Below are positions 54,707 through 64,000 of a DNA stretch of 64,000 nucleotides, piece by piece (position 1 is the first letter of the stretch; the number at the start of each line of letters is the position of its first letter). The notes beneath the pieces are model-generated. The model saw only the letters and a program-made list of their open reading frames with translations. It had not been told where the DNA came from and searched no databases. Source of the DNA: a bacterium (GTDB taxonomy: Bacteria > Babelota > Babeliae > Babelales > UASB340); contig DAOVPV010000001.1 in assembly GCA_030629005.1 (NCBI GenBank), forward strand, positions 57,427-121,426. Reading direction: 5' to 3'. The position numbers and the translations under genes are program-made.

Positions 54707-55089
54707 TGGTGGAGGCGATGGGAGTCGAACCCATGTCCGCAACGCATTCAATTTCAAGCACTACATGTTTATCTCTCGAATATACTCTTACTTCACCTCA
54801 AGAGCAAAGAAAGAAGTAAAAGCCGGTTTAGTGATTTTCGCTTCATACAAAACCAAAAAATCTATAAAGCGAGTTCTATCTTGTTTAATACGAGCCAGTT
54901 CCACTGATAGACATGCTTCACTGACAAGACCTACTAATAGCTATTATTAGCAGACAGCGGTAGCCCCTGTAGGAATACCGGTATTAACTAAGTTTGCACT
55001 TATTAATTCGTATGATTTTTACAAGCTCCCATACAAAACTCGACATGCTCTCAAAACGTCAAACATCACGTCGAAACCGTGACGCCCCC
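54707..55089 (-). ncRNA. ssrA: tmRNA (SsrA)
   Basis: 5' GGGGGCGTCACGGTTTCGACG..; 3' ..GGGTTCGACTCCCATCGCCTCCACCA; acceptor pairing includes the G3-U wobble; internal tag frame GCA AAC .. TGC followed by TAA TAA TAG. Confidence 0.9.
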
Positions 55090-55317
55090 AGAAATTTCAA
55101 AGAATCATTAAAGCTTATATATTTTAAAGCATTTATCTAAATATAAGGAAACTAAAATACTGTCTAATTGTCAAGCAGAACGCTAATTATAACTTAATAA
55201 TAAGATAAAAACAGAGCTTTTTACAAAATATGATATAATTGTAAAACTCTTAATTAAGAATAGTTTTATAGGTTATATCGAATAAAAACTCAAAAATAGA
55301 TAATATTTAAAATAATT

Positions 55318-56121
55318 ATGATAAAAAAACAGCAAAACTTGCGCCCTCCACACCAAAGGCCAGCTAAGAAAAAACAGTTTGGTCAACACTTTTTAAAAAA
55401 TTTTTCTGTTGTTGAAAATATGATAAAAAAAGTAAAAGTAACAAAAGAAACTAGAGTTTTAGAGATTGGCTGTGGTGACGGTTTTTTGACAAAAGCTATT
55501 TTAAACTTAACAAATTGCAAAGAACTTTTTGTTTATGAAATAGATCCAGAATGGGCCGAGTATGTTAAAAATACAGTAAAATCCCCTAAGCTTAAAATTA
55601 ATGTCGAAAATATTTTGGATGTAGATCTAAGCAAACTTCAAAATCTAAAACCCTGGGTATTGCTTGCAAACCTTCCTTATCAAATAACATTTCCAATTTT
55701 CTATTTAATACAAAAAAATAGAAATCTGTTCAAAGAAGGTGTTGTTATGATACAAGAAGAAGTTGCACAAAAAATTGTAGCGAAATCGGGTAGAAGCTTT
55801 AGTGCAACATCTATATTCTTACAACATTACTTTGACTTCAAACTAATGGAAAAAATAGGGTCCGAAAATTTTGTACCACCACCAAAAGTAGACTCTAGGT
55901 TGATTCACTTTAAACCAAAAGAAACGGTAACAAAAATTAAAGACGAAGAAAAATTTTGGAAATTTTTAAGATTATGCTTTATTTCTCCAAGAAAAACTTT
56001 AACCAATAATTTAAGACAAACTCACTATGATCTTGCAAAAATACCAGAAAATATTTTAAAACTCAGAGCTCAACAAATGACTTTTGACGATTTTATTAAA
56101 ATTTGGGAATTATTTCTTTAA
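55318..56121 (+). CDS. rsmA: 16S rRNA (adenine1518/1519-N6)-dimethyltransferase
   Basis: FGQHFL, EIGCGDGFLT SAM motif, ANLPYQIT. Confidence 0.92.
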   Translation: MIKKQQNLRPPHQRPAKKKQFGQHFLKNFSVVENMIKKVKVTKETRVLEIGCGDGFLTKAILNLTNCKELFVYEIDPEWAEYVKNTVKSPKLKINVENILDVDLSKLQNLKPWVLLANLPYQITFPIFYLIQKNRNLFKEGVVMIQEEVAQKIVAKSGRSFSATSIFLQHYFDFKLMEKIGSENFVPPPKVDSRLIHFKPKETVTKIKDEEKFWKFLRLCFISPRKTLTNNLRQTHYDLAKIPENILKLRAQQMTFDDFIKIWELFL

Positions 56122-56870
56122 AAATTAATCTAAAAAGGGAACACATGAAAAATAAACTCTTTATTCTGTTTTTAAGTTGTTTTTGTTTTTTACCACAAAT
56201 GAATGCAATATTCCGAGGCTGCCTCATGCCAGAACAAATAAAAGAAAGACACTTAAACCTTGCGGGTGTTTTTGATTTTGTTTGTCCAGAAACTCAAGAA
56301 CCAATCTTAAGTTTTGAAGAACGCAGACTGTTTTTATTAACAAAATTTTTAGGTTCAATATCAAAAAAACAACTTGGAGAAAATGTATTAGAACGCATTG
56401 AATACTATAACTGTTTTTTCCAAGTATCAAATAAAAACTTAGATAGAGCAGAAGTAACCATTGTTTTTAATCCAGAAACAAAAGAACTGATTTTAACAAA
56501 AGAAGAACAAATTATATTTTATTATTTTGATGAAAATACAATAAAACATAAAACTTTACCTAAAGAATTATCTGAAGAAATATTAGAAAAATTACAAAGA
56601 ATAAACGAAAATTTATCTGAAAAATTTGATTTCTATCGAGAAATGCGTCATAAAAAAAGAGTTTTTGAAGCTAAAACATATATTAAAACTCGAACAGAAT
56701 TTAATCCATTCGCTCCAGACGAGCCAAGAAGAGAGGATGAAGAAGACTTTCAACGAAATCAAGCCGAATTAATTAGAATATTTGGCAACCAACGAAAAGA
56801 ACAAACTATAAAAAGAAGTAAGTCTTCTAGAAGAAGAGAAATTGTTGAAAAACTAGAAGAACGACGCTAA
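56103..56870 (+). CDS. hypothetical secreted protein (likely start at internal MKNKLF)
   Basis: signal-like MKNKLFILFLSCFCFLPQMNA; charged C-terminus; no recognisable motif. Confidence 0.45.
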   Translation: MGIISLKINLKREHMKNKLFILFLSCFCFLPQMNAIFRGCLMPEQIKERHLNLAGVFDFVCPETQEPILSFEERRLFLLTKFLGSISKKQLGENVLERIEYYNCFFQVSNKNLDRAEVTIVFNPETKELILTKEEQIIFYYFDENTIKHKTLPKELSEEILEKLQRINENLSEKFDFYREMRHKKRVFEAKTYIKTRTEFNPFAPDEPRREDEEDFQRNQAELIRIFGNQRKEQTIKRSKSSRRREIVEKLEERR

Positions 56871-56871
56871 T

Positions 56872-56901
56872 AAAAAAAGGGAGCTTCGCACTCCCTTTTT
56901 T
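56872..56901. terminator. bidirectional rho-independent terminator
   Basis: AAAAAAAGGGAG-CTTCGCA-CTCCCTTTTTT between convergent genes. Confidence 0.8.
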
Positions 56902-56906
56902 ACTTC

Positions 56907-57587
56907 TTATTTTTTTAAAAAATCAAAAACAAACTTAGTCCAATTCTCCATATTTTCATAATACTCAGACAGTTCTTGCAATGTTAAAAGATTACCAGAC
57001 TTTAATTCTGATTTTACCTTTATATCTTGAGAATCACCTTTTAATAAATAAACAAAACCAACATGAACTTTGCCAACATCATTAGAATCATCATTTAAAA
57101 TACCAATAGGCTCTACTTTTAAATCTCCCGAATATTCAACTTCTTCCAAAAACTCTCTTTTTGCCCAAGCTGAAATATCGGAACCAGACAAGTCTTCTTC
57201 TCTTATATGCCCACCAATTCCAAGAGAATATAAATTTTGTAACCGAACTTCACTAGCCTTAGACTGACGTTGCATTAAAAAGTATTTATCTTCAAAATTA
57301 AAAATTAAATATGGAATTATTTGCTTATAATTTGGATCTATCTCCATTTGAGAACGCCACAAAAACTCTTTTTTATCTTCTATTAAATTTTGATAATAAT
57401 TAAAATCAACTTTTTCTAAACCAGAAATAACTTTTTCCCCAAAAAGCACATCTCGCTTTATAACTAATATTTTTTCATCTTCTTTTTTTACAAAAACATT
57501 CTTCGAATCAAGATTCTTTGAGTCAAGACTCTTTGAATCGAGATTCGTTGAATCGAGATTCGTTGAATTAACTTTTTGACTTTGCAT
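56907..57587 (-). CDS. NUDIX-family hydrolase with N-terminal pentapeptide-repeat extension
   Basis: Nudix box GGHIREEDLSGSDISAWAKREFLEEVEY; N-terminal STNLD/SKSLD/SKNLD repeats. Confidence 0.75.
   Translation of the reverse strand: MQSQKVNSTNLDSTNLDSKSLDSKNLDSKNVFVKKEDEKILVIKRDVLFGEKVISGLEKVDFNYYQNLIEDKKEFLWRSQMEIDPNYKQIIPYLIFNFEDKYFLMQRQSKASEVRLQNLYSLGIGGHIREEDLSGSDISAWAKREFLEEVEYSGDLKVEPIGILNDDSNDVGKVHVGFVYLLKGDSQDIKVKSELKSGNLLTLQELSEYYENMENWTKFVFDFLKK
57506..57570. repeat. 15-bp in-frame tandem repeat (about 4.3 units)
   Basis: gaatcaagattcttt / gagtcaagactcttt / gaatcgagattcgtt / gaatcgagattcgtt / gaatt. Confidence 0.85.
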
Positions 57588-57698
57588 AAAATTACCCCGC
57601 TTACTAAATTTTCAAATTATTTAATAAGCAAGGTAACACAAACAAAATAGTAAGTCTCTTGTTATTATAGGGCTATTTTGCTACCAACCATACTTCGA

Positions 57699-59093
57699 CT
57701 ACACAGCAACATCTTTTATCAAATCTAACCATAAAGTATCTTTTACAAATGTAGTTTTATAATAAGAATAATCTATTCCTGAAACAGGAAAGTATATCGA
57801 AAGCCCACTTGCTGCTGCAAACTTTTTACCTGCAGTTTTTGCAATTACAGCGGCATCTATAACCTTCATACCTAAAGAAAGCTCATTTTTTAAATTAATA
57901 AGACTTGTCTTTAATGCTGGATTACTAAGACCATTTAAAGATCTACTTATTTGGTTTGATAATTCCGAATAAAAAGAACGTATATCTACATAGCTTCTAT
58001 TGGTAAATTGAATCGATGTTCGCCTGGCTATTCTAATCAAGTTTCTAACATAATTCGCAGAATGTTTTTTAGCATTATTAACACCAACTACAATTCTATT
58101 AATACTATGCTTTATATTATCCATCTGTTCTAAATCCACAGCTGATTGTGTATAAAAATCTATCCTGTTTTTATAATAATTGTGATATGTAACAACAGAA
58201 TTTTTTACCAAATCTAATGGAGAAAGAATTTCAGACTTCATTGCTCCGAATAATTCTATATAATTCCAACCATATGCAAGCTCAACCTCCTGAGAACTCA
58301 ACATATATTTAGCATAATCTTTTACCAAATAACCAACTTCCACCATAGACATTAAACAGGCATCCATTCCAAAAACATCTAATTTTTTGTTGTTTAAAAC
58401 CTTAGTTTTTATCTGCTTTAATGCTTCAAGAAGCTCTTCGTTATTCAAATATGTTCGAGTGTGTTCGTTAAATAAAATACCCCTATGACCATGATCTAAG
58501 ATTGAAAAATCAAACTCATCAGACATACCTAACTTTTCGGTTAGTAAACTATCTATTTTTATAGGCAAACTATCTTCAGAGAAATTCTGCTCTTCTAAAT
58601 ATTCAGTTGAATTTATATCATACTCAGATAAATTTATATTTTGCTCAAAACCCAAACCTAAACTATTGACACCCCCAGCTCCAGGTCTTCTTTGCCAAAC
58701 AGGATCTAAAATACCAACCCCATGGTTCCATAAAATTAAAAATTTCTTATTTGCAGGATACGCCTTAACAGCCCAATCCATAGAATCTACAAGATCTTTA
58801 ACATTAGTACCATCACTGCTTACCGGTGAATAAGACTCTAATTTTATCTGATTCTTCAAAATCCTATACCTCCAAATACCATCCTTTCCAGGCTGATACC
58901 ACTGAACCAAAATATTTAAATTATTATCAGATCCAATTTTGGACATAGAATACAAATTTTGAGTTGCAAACCTACTTAAGTTATTTTTTGCCTGCACATA
59001 AATTAAAACCGTCCAATCTGCTGTAGCAAGAACAATGTTAAAAAATAAAACTGGCAAAAACAAAAGCAATTTTAGATTATACCTCTTTTTCAT
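57699..59093 (-). CDS. secreted clostripain-like (C11 family) cysteine peptidase
   Basis: signal peptide; WTVLIYVQAKNNL start typical of C11; WNHGVG (catalytic His region); FGMDACLMSMVEV (catalytic Cys region). Confidence 0.75.
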   Translation of the reverse strand: MKKRYNLKLLLFLPVLFFNIVLATADWTVLIYVQAKNNLSRFATQNLYSMSKIGSDNNLNILVQWYQPGKDGIWRYRILKNQIKLESYSPVSSDGTNVKDLVDSMDWAVKAYPANKKFLILWNHGVGILDPVWQRRPGAGGVNSLGLGFEQNINLSEYDINSTEYLEEQNFSEDSLPIKIDSLLTEKLGMSDEFDFSILDHGHRGILFNEHTRTYLNNEELLEALKQIKTKVLNNKKLDVFGMDACLMSMVEVGYLVKDYAKYMLSSQEVELAYGWNYIELFGAMKSEILSPLDLVKNSVVTYHNYYKNRIDFYTQSAVDLEQMDNIKHSINRIVVGVNNAKKHSANYVRNLIRIARRTSIQFTNRSYVDIRSFYSELSNQISRSLNGLSNPALKTSLINLKNELSLGMKVIDAAVIAKTAGKKFAAASGLSIYFPVSGIDYSYYKTTFVKDTLWLDLIKDVAV

Positions 59094-59378
59094 GATCCCT
59101 TCCCCCTCAATCTTTATGAATTCTAACTGCGCACTACCGCACCCCTAATTCACAATAAGAAATTTTGACAAAGAAAATCAACTTAACTGTTTTTATCTTA
59201 AAAAAAGCCTTTTTAGATTATAATTTTCTATTGGAAATTTTATTTCACATGATATGTTTTTTGAGCAAAAACAATACAAAAAAAATTTTTCGGTTTCATC
59301 TGAAAGCTTAAAAGATAAATTTTCTTATCTCTTAAACAAAATTGAATTTGTTGTTTTAATAAGCTAAAATTATTTGAG

Positions 59379-59408
59379 GTCATCCTAAACCTGCTTCAAG
59401 GTCCAGTC
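59379..59408 (+). repeat. degenerate copy of the 30-bp palindromic repeat
   Basis: gtcatcctaaacctgcttcaaggtccagtc. Confidence 0.6.
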
Positions 59409-59471
59409 TTATAATTTTCCCATTTTGCAGCAAGCTGCGGGAAATTAACCTTAAAAACAAAAAGGTAACAA

Positions 59472-61919
59472 ATGAACTACAATTTTTTAGAAATAGAAAA
59501 AAAATGGCAAAAATATTGGGAAAATAATCCATATTATAATGCTAAAGACAATAAAAACTTAAAAAAATTTTATTGCTTAGATATGTTTCCATATCCATCT
59601 GGCTCTGGCCTACACATAGGGCATTGGAAAGGCTATGTCTTTTCTGATCTTTATGCACGAAAAAAGTTTTTACAAGGATACAACGTTTTACATCCAATGG
59701 GATGGGACGCATTTGGTCTTCCTGCAGAAAACTACGCAATTAAAAACAAAATTCATCCTAAAAAAGCAACCGCTGATAATATTACTGTTTTAAAAAAACA
59801 AATCAAACAAATGGGGGCGATCTATGACTGGACAAAAGAAATAAATACAACAGACCCTAACTATTATAAATGGACACAATGGATTTTTTTACAAATGTTT
59901 AAAAAAGGCCTTGCATACGAAGAGAACATGCCGATAAACTGGTGTCCTTCTTGCTTAACAGGCCTTGCCAACGAAGAGGTTATTTCTGGTGAGTGTGAAA
60001 GATGCGGAACTAAGGTTGAAAAGAAAAATATAAGACAATGGGTCCTAAAAATTACAGAATATGCAGAAAAATTACTTGATGGCCTCGATAATTTAGAATG
60101 GCCAAAGAAAGTAAAACTAATGCAAAGAAATTGGATTGGCAAAAGTAAAGGAGCGAATGTAATTTTTAAAACAAAAAACGGATTAAGTCTGCCAGTTTTT
60201 ACAACTAGACCAGACACCCTATTTGGTGCAACTTTTATGGTAATGGCTCCAGACCACGATTTGGTTAACAAGCTTATAACAACTAAACAAAAAAACGAGG
60301 TTAAAAAATACCAAGAAGAAGTTGCGCTCTTAAGCGAAATAGACAGAACCGCAGAAAACAAAGAAAAAACGGGTATATTCACAGGTTCTTATGCAATAAA
60401 CCCTGTAAACAAGAAACAAATTCCAATTTGGCTATCAAGCTATGTTTTAAAACATTATGGCACAGGCACAATTATGTGTGTTCCTGCTCACGATCAACGA
60501 GATTTTGACTTTGCAACAAAGTTCAATATAGAAATAACTCCAGTGATAGAAAATAAAAAGTTAGATGACAAATATTACAATAAAAACAACAATTTAATAA
60601 AAGCAATGGAACTGGACGGTGTTTTAATAAATTCCGAAAAATTTAATGGTCTGGAAGCAAAGACTGCTGGCGCAAAAGCAATTGTAAAATCTTTATCCAA
60701 AAACAAAATCGCCGAATTTAAAACCACATATAAATTAAGAGATTGGATATTTTCAAGACAACGCTACTGGGGTGAACCAATTCCAATCATCCATTGTCCC
60801 AAATGTGGTATTGTACCAGTTCCAGAAGATCAACTTCCAGTACTTTTACCTGAAGTAAAAAATTATCAACCATCAGGTACAGGTGAATCTCCATTAGCAA
60901 ACATAGAAAGTTTTGTTAATACAATATGTCCAAAATGCTCAGGAAAAGCCAAACGAGAAACTAATACCATGCCTCAATGGGCAGGATCTTGCTGGTATTT
61001 TTTACGTTATCCAAATCCAAACTTAAAAGATAAAGCCTTTGATCCAGAAGAAATGAAATACTGGCTTCCAGTCGATTTTTATATTGGTGGAATAGAACAC
61101 GCAGTGTTGCATTTATTATATTCTAGATTCTACATAAAAGTGCTTTATGACCTTGGATATTTAAACTTTGACGAACCATTTACACAATTATTTAATCAAG
61201 GAATGGTTTGTATGTATTCAGAAAAATCTGGTCGTGTAGAAAAAATGTCCAAATCTAAAGGAAATGTTATAAGCCCTGATGACATGATTGCAGAATATGG
61301 TACAGATGCATTGCGAATGTATATTCTGTTTATGGGCCCACCAGAAGATAATGTAGTTTGGCAAACAGATTCTATTAAAGGTGTAAAAAACTTTTTAAAT
61401 AGACTGTGGGTTTATTTAACAACACCAGAAAATATAATATCTGATCAGGAAAGTATTTCTGAAGAATCTCTAAAACGATTTCACATATTCTTAAAAGAAT
61501 TCGAGACAAGAATAGAAAACTTTAAAACAAATACCGCAGTATCTGCAGCAATGGAATACTTGAACGATTTAACTGGTAAAAAATTAAAAATAAATAAAGA
61601 AATTCTTGAACAGCTATTAGTTGCTATTTCCACTATGGTTCCGCACTTTTCTAGTGAATTAACAGAAAAACTATTAAATAAAAAACTAGAAAATTTATAT
61701 TTTCCTAAATACAATCCAAAACTAGCACAGGTAAATGAAATAGAAATAGCAATTCAAATAAATGGCAAACTAAGAGGTACTATAAATACCACAAAAGACA
61801 CCGACCAAGAATTATTAGAACTTCAAGCCAAAGAAGTTATACAAAAATGGTTAGTCGATAAAAAAATAGTAAAAGTAATTTATGTTTCAAATAGATTATT
61901 AAATTTTGTAATAAAATAA
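59472..61919 (+). CDS. leuS: leucine--tRNA ligase
   Basis: 815 aa; HIGH (GLHIGHW) and KMSKS motifs; editing-domain region present. Confidence 0.95.
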   Translation: MNYNFLEIEKKWQKYWENNPYYNAKDNKNLKKFYCLDMFPYPSGSGLHIGHWKGYVFSDLYARKKFLQGYNVLHPMGWDAFGLPAENYAIKNKIHPKKATADNITVLKKQIKQMGAIYDWTKEINTTDPNYYKWTQWIFLQMFKKGLAYEENMPINWCPSCLTGLANEEVISGECERCGTKVEKKNIRQWVLKITEYAEKLLDGLDNLEWPKKVKLMQRNWIGKSKGANVIFKTKNGLSLPVFTTRPDTLFGATFMVMAPDHDLVNKLITTKQKNEVKKYQEEVALLSEIDRTAENKEKTGIFTGSYAINPVNKKQIPIWLSSYVLKHYGTGTIMCVPAHDQRDFDFATKFNIEITPVIENKKLDDKYYNKNNNLIKAMELDGVLINSEKFNGLEAKTAGAKAIVKSLSKNKIAEFKTTYKLRDWIFSRQRYWGEPIPIIHCPKCGIVPVPEDQLPVLLPEVKNYQPSGTGESPLANIESFVNTICPKCSGKAKRETNTMPQWAGSCWYFLRYPNPNLKDKAFDPEEMKYWLPVDFYIGGIEHAVLHLLYSRFYIKVLYDLGYLNFDEPFTQLFNQGMVCMYSEKSGRVEKMSKSKGNVISPDDMIAEYGTDALRMYILFMGPPEDNVVWQTDSIKGVKNFLNRLWVYLTTPENIISDQESISEESLKRFHIFLKEFETRIENFKTNTAVSAAMEYLNDLTGKKLKINKEILEQLLVAISTMVPHFSSELTEKLLNKKLENLYFPKYNPKLAQVNEIEIAIQINGKLRGTINTTKDTDQELLELQAKEVIQKWLVDKKIVKVIYVSNRLLNFVIK

Positions 61920-61920
61920 A

Positions 61921-61950
61921 GACTAGATCCTGAACTTGTTTCAGGATCTC
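61921..61950 (-). repeat. copy of the 30-bp palindromic repeat (inverted orientation) directly after the leuS stop
   Basis: gactagatcctgaacttgtttcaggatctc. Confidence 0.75.
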
Positions 61951-61973
61951 TTCCTATAGAAAGGATAAGAGAC

Positions 61974-62633
61974 GTGAAATTTTTCTTAGATACAGCAAAC
62001 ATAGAATTAATAAAAGAATGGATACCAACAGGACTTGTTGATGGTGTCACAACAAACCCAAGTCTTATTGCAAAAGAAGGTGGCAATATAAAAGATATCT
62101 TATTAGAAATATGCAAAATAGTTGACGGAGATGTCAGCATAGAAGTTGTAGAAAAATCACCGGAAAAAGTTTACGAACAAGCCAAACAAATTAGTAATTT
62201 AGCCAAAAATGTTATTGTAAAAATTCCATTCGCCAAAGAATATTTACCTGTAATATCAAAGTTATCTAAAGAAGGTATAAAACTAAACATCACACTAATA
62301 TTCTCACTAACTCAAGCACTTTTAGTCTCAAAGCTTGGAGTGGCATACGTATCTCCATTTATTGGCAGATGGGATGATATAGATATAGATGGAATGGACC
62401 TAGTAAAAAACTTAGTAACAATGAAAAAAAACTACAACTTTAAAACTGAAATACTTGCAGCATCAATTCGAAACGTAATACATTTACAAAAATGTATTCT
62501 ATACGGTGCTGATGTTGCAACAATACCACCAAAGCTTCTTGATAAATTGTTTAACCATCCATTAACATTACAAGGCATAGAAAAATTCGACAACGACTGG
62601 AAAAAACTTGCGAAAACGGATTTATTTAATTAA
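61974..62633 (+). CDS. transaldolase type 3B / fructose-6-phosphate aldolase (GTG start)
   Basis: MKFFLDTANIELIKEW..GVTTNPSL; Schiff-base lysine context VIVKIPF. Confidence 0.9.
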   Translation: MKFFLDTANIELIKEWIPTGLVDGVTTNPSLIAKEGGNIKDILLEICKIVDGDVSIEVVEKSPEKVYEQAKQISNLAKNVIVKIPFAKEYLPVISKLSKEGIKLNITLIFSLTQALLVSKLGVAYVSPFIGRWDDIDIDGMDLVKNLVTMKKNYNFKTEILAASIRNVIHLQKCILYGADVATIPPKLLDKLFNHPLTLQGIEKFDNDWKKLAKTDLFN

Positions 62634-62733
62634 AATTTAAAATAACTATTGCATATTTTAAATCCAATATTATATTATCATTACGTTTGTAAATAAAAAA
62701 TATAAACATATTAATTTTCAAGGAAGAGGACAC

Positions 62734-63021
62734 ATGAACTTTCTTTATATAAATGAAGAATTATCGGAAGAAACATTTAATGTTAACAAAAAATTAGAGT
62801 TACTAACTGAGAATATTTCTTTATTAGCCAATGACGACGATAACCTTAAAAATAATCTTGACGATAAAGATTTCGACGACAAAGATTTCGATGACAAAGA
62901 TTTCAATGATGACGATTTCGACGATGACAAAGATTGGAATGACGATGATGAAGATTGGGATGACGAAGACGAAGACGATGATGACGACGACGATGAAGAC
63001 GATGACGACGATGACAACTAA
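62734..63021 (+). CDS. hypothetical extremely acidic repeat protein
   Basis: 95 aa; DDKDF pentapeptide repeats then a poly-D/E tail; GGAAGAGGA RBS upstream; terminator-like hairpin downstream; coding status uncertain because of low complexity. Confidence 0.4.
   Translation: MNFLYINEELSEETFNVNKKLELLTENISLLANDDDNLKNNLDDKDFDDKDFDDKDFNDDDFDDDKDWNDDDEDWDDEDEDDDDDDDEDDDDDDN
62764..62784 (+). repeat. copy 5 of recurrent motif TCGGAAGAAACATTTAATGTT
   Basis: exact 21-mer, here inside ORF 62734..63021 (read as SEETFNV). Confidence 0.8.
62860..63018. repeat. 15-bp tandem repeats grading into a GAY/GAR low-complexity tract
   Basis: gacgataaagatttc / gacgacaaagatttc / gatgacaaagatttc / aatgatgacgatttc, then a (gac/gat/gaa)n tract. 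Confidence 0.8.
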
Positions 63022-63117
63022 CCGTTTATATTAAAAGACAAAAAGGGTTCGCGTTAGAGTGAGCCCTTTTTTATTTATATATATCGCCCAAAGATTATGT
63101 AAAAAAAACACATCGCA

Positions 63118-63879
63118 TTAATCAATTAAAATATTTTCAACAATATTAAACGAAACTTGCTTATAAGTATTATCTCGTAACGCTAACAATAAATCTCCAT
63201 TGCTCAAAACTTTCGTAAACTTACCATTAATTATAGTGCCATCAAATTTATGTACTGATATCTTTTTATTAACTAAATAATCTAATTGAAATTTCCAATA
63301 ATTAAAGATCTTATCAAAATCTAAACTCAACCAATCATCATAAAACTTATCAATTGAAACAAGAATATCCTTTAATAAATCTTCTTTATCTATTTTTTGA
63401 TCTAATATCTCAGATAAACTATATGCTTTAAAATTTAGATTTTTATCTTTTATAGAATTATTAACATTTATTGCAAAACCAAAGATTATTCCCAAAATTT
63501 TGCTATCCTGCCAAACAACAGTAGATAAAATGCCACCGACCTTACCATCTTGATAATAAAAATCGTTTGGCCATTTTAATTTTACATCAAATTTTTCTAA
63601 AACTTTTAATATACCAGATGTTATAGCCATATTAAGTTGAATTAACCTTAAGCCCAAATCTTTTTTAGAAATATTATCTAAATTTTTTGGTTTTAATAAA
63701 ATTGTAATCGCAAGTTGATCTTTATCGAAACTCCAAAGCCTACCCTGACGCCCACGTGTAAATTCATGCTCTTCTGCTATAAAAACAGAACCGTCGGGGA
63801 CTGTATTTATGTTTTCTTTTGCCCAATCTATAGAATTATAAACTTTTGATTTTCGAAAAATCTTTGAACCAATCGTCAT
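63118..63879 (-). CDS. birA: biotin--[acetyl-CoA-carboxylase] ligase (no N-terminal HTH)
   Basis: TRGRQGRLW biotin-binding loop; KWPNDFYY. Confidence 0.88.
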   Translation of the reverse strand: MTIGSKIFRKSKVYNSIDWAKENINTVPDGSVFIAEEHEFTRGRQGRLWSFDKDQLAITILLKPKNLDNISKKDLGLRLIQLNMAITSGILKVLEKFDVKLKWPNDFYYQDGKVGGILSTVVWQDSKILGIIFGFAINVNNSIKDKNLNFKAYSLSEILDQKIDKEDLLKDILVSIDKFYDDWLSLDFDKIFNYWKFQLDYLVNKKISVHKFDGTIINGKFTKVLSNGDLLLALRDNTYKQVSFNIVENILID

Positions 63880-64000
63880 ATTTTATATTTAACTTCTCTT
63901 TTGGCAGAACGCAAAATATCTCGTTCTTTTAATTCTCGTTTTTTACTTGCAGCCTTTTTATGCTTACCAATACCAAGTTCTATCTTAACCAATCCCCTAT
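63876..64000 (-). CDS. smpB: partial SsrA-binding protein SmpB (C-terminal 40 aa; gene continues beyond window end)
   Basis: frame open from 63998: RGLVKIELGIGKHKKAASKKRELKERDILRSAKREVKYKI then TGA overlapping the birA ATG (ATGA); matches the SmpB C-terminal pattern ..lalaKGKk..dKR...K.Rd..Re. Confidence 0.55.
   Translation of the reverse strand, partial: RGLVKIELGIGKHKKAASKKRELKERDILRSAKREVKYKI

Noticed and set aside
54575-54950. ORFs 54575..54757, 54620..54907 and 54765..54950
   Set aside because: They overlap the tmRNA gene and its GC-rich flank. The RNA-gene features (acceptor stem with G-U, T-arm, CCA, tag frame) explain the region.
59094-59471. T-box or other leader riboswitch upstream of leuS
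   Set aside because: There is no T-box consensus (AGGGTGGNACCGCG-like) and no specifier-loop arrangement. Only a degenerate palindromic repeat copy and a small hairpin (around 59417-59446) are visible.
62745-63034. Poly-Ser ORF 62745..63017 (minus strand) and ORF 62831..63034 (plus strand, other frame)
   Set aside because: These are alternative frames of the same GAY/GAR repeat tract. Only the 62734 frame has an RBS and a non-repetitive N-terminus, and even that call has low confidence.
63040-63075. Hairpin after the acidic ORF as a confident terminator
   Set aside because: The stem GGGTTCGC/GTGAGCCC has several mismatches. It is plausible, but too weak to list as a feature.

Overview
This window is a strongly AT-rich bacterial chromosome segment read with the standard genetic code; TGA is used as a stop. 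I found no rRNA, CRISPR array, transposase, integrase or phage genes.

The gene content fits a host-dependent diderm bacterium. There are two tandem ATP/ADP-translocase (NTT/Tlc) genes, one of them decaying, plus BamA, an LptA-like protein, PilC, and many orphan proteins carrying a signal peptide or membrane anchor. This resembles Dependentiae/TM6 or other intracellular lineages, but taxonomy cannot be settled from this sequence.

Housekeeping genes I recognise: HIT protein, an amino-acid ABC transporter (3 genes), mutL, trkH-like, galE, hisS, cdsA, truA, a GT4 glycosyltransferase, rpoD, dnaG, lgt, adk, ftsL/ftsI, ccdA/dsbD, two thioredoxin reductases, rarA, rsmA, leuS, fsa/tal, birA, and a partial smpB. 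RNA genes are six tRNAs (Leu-CAA, Arg-ACG, Ser-GCU, Ser-UGA, Gln-CUG, initiator Met) and tmRNA, all with an encoded CCA.

The most interesting items:
1. A seven-gene minus-strand operon (5521-10656) built around three signal-peptide Hint-like proteins with glycine-zipper TM segments and variable C-termini, followed by tandem immunity-like paralogues. This is a candidate autoprocessing toxin/immunity system.
2. Two parallel cassettes with the layout tRNA-Gln or tmRNA, then a GC-rich bipartite spacer, then a 79-aa GIY-YIG nuclease.
3. GC-rich mosaic repeats directly after almost every tRNA-type gene, and one GC-rich palindromic element inserted in frame in the mutL linker.
4. A full-length homologue of the eukaryotic mitochondrial AAA protein ATAD3.
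5. A DUF5320-DUF5320-DUF134 operon.
6. Lipoprotein signal peptides on adenylate kinase and on a TrxR-Trx fusion.
7. Homopolymer frameshifts splitting ftsI, a phosphodiesterase gene and one tlc copy.
8. A 21-27 nt motif recurring five times.

All calls rest on reading the sequence and remembered family motifs. No database search was run.
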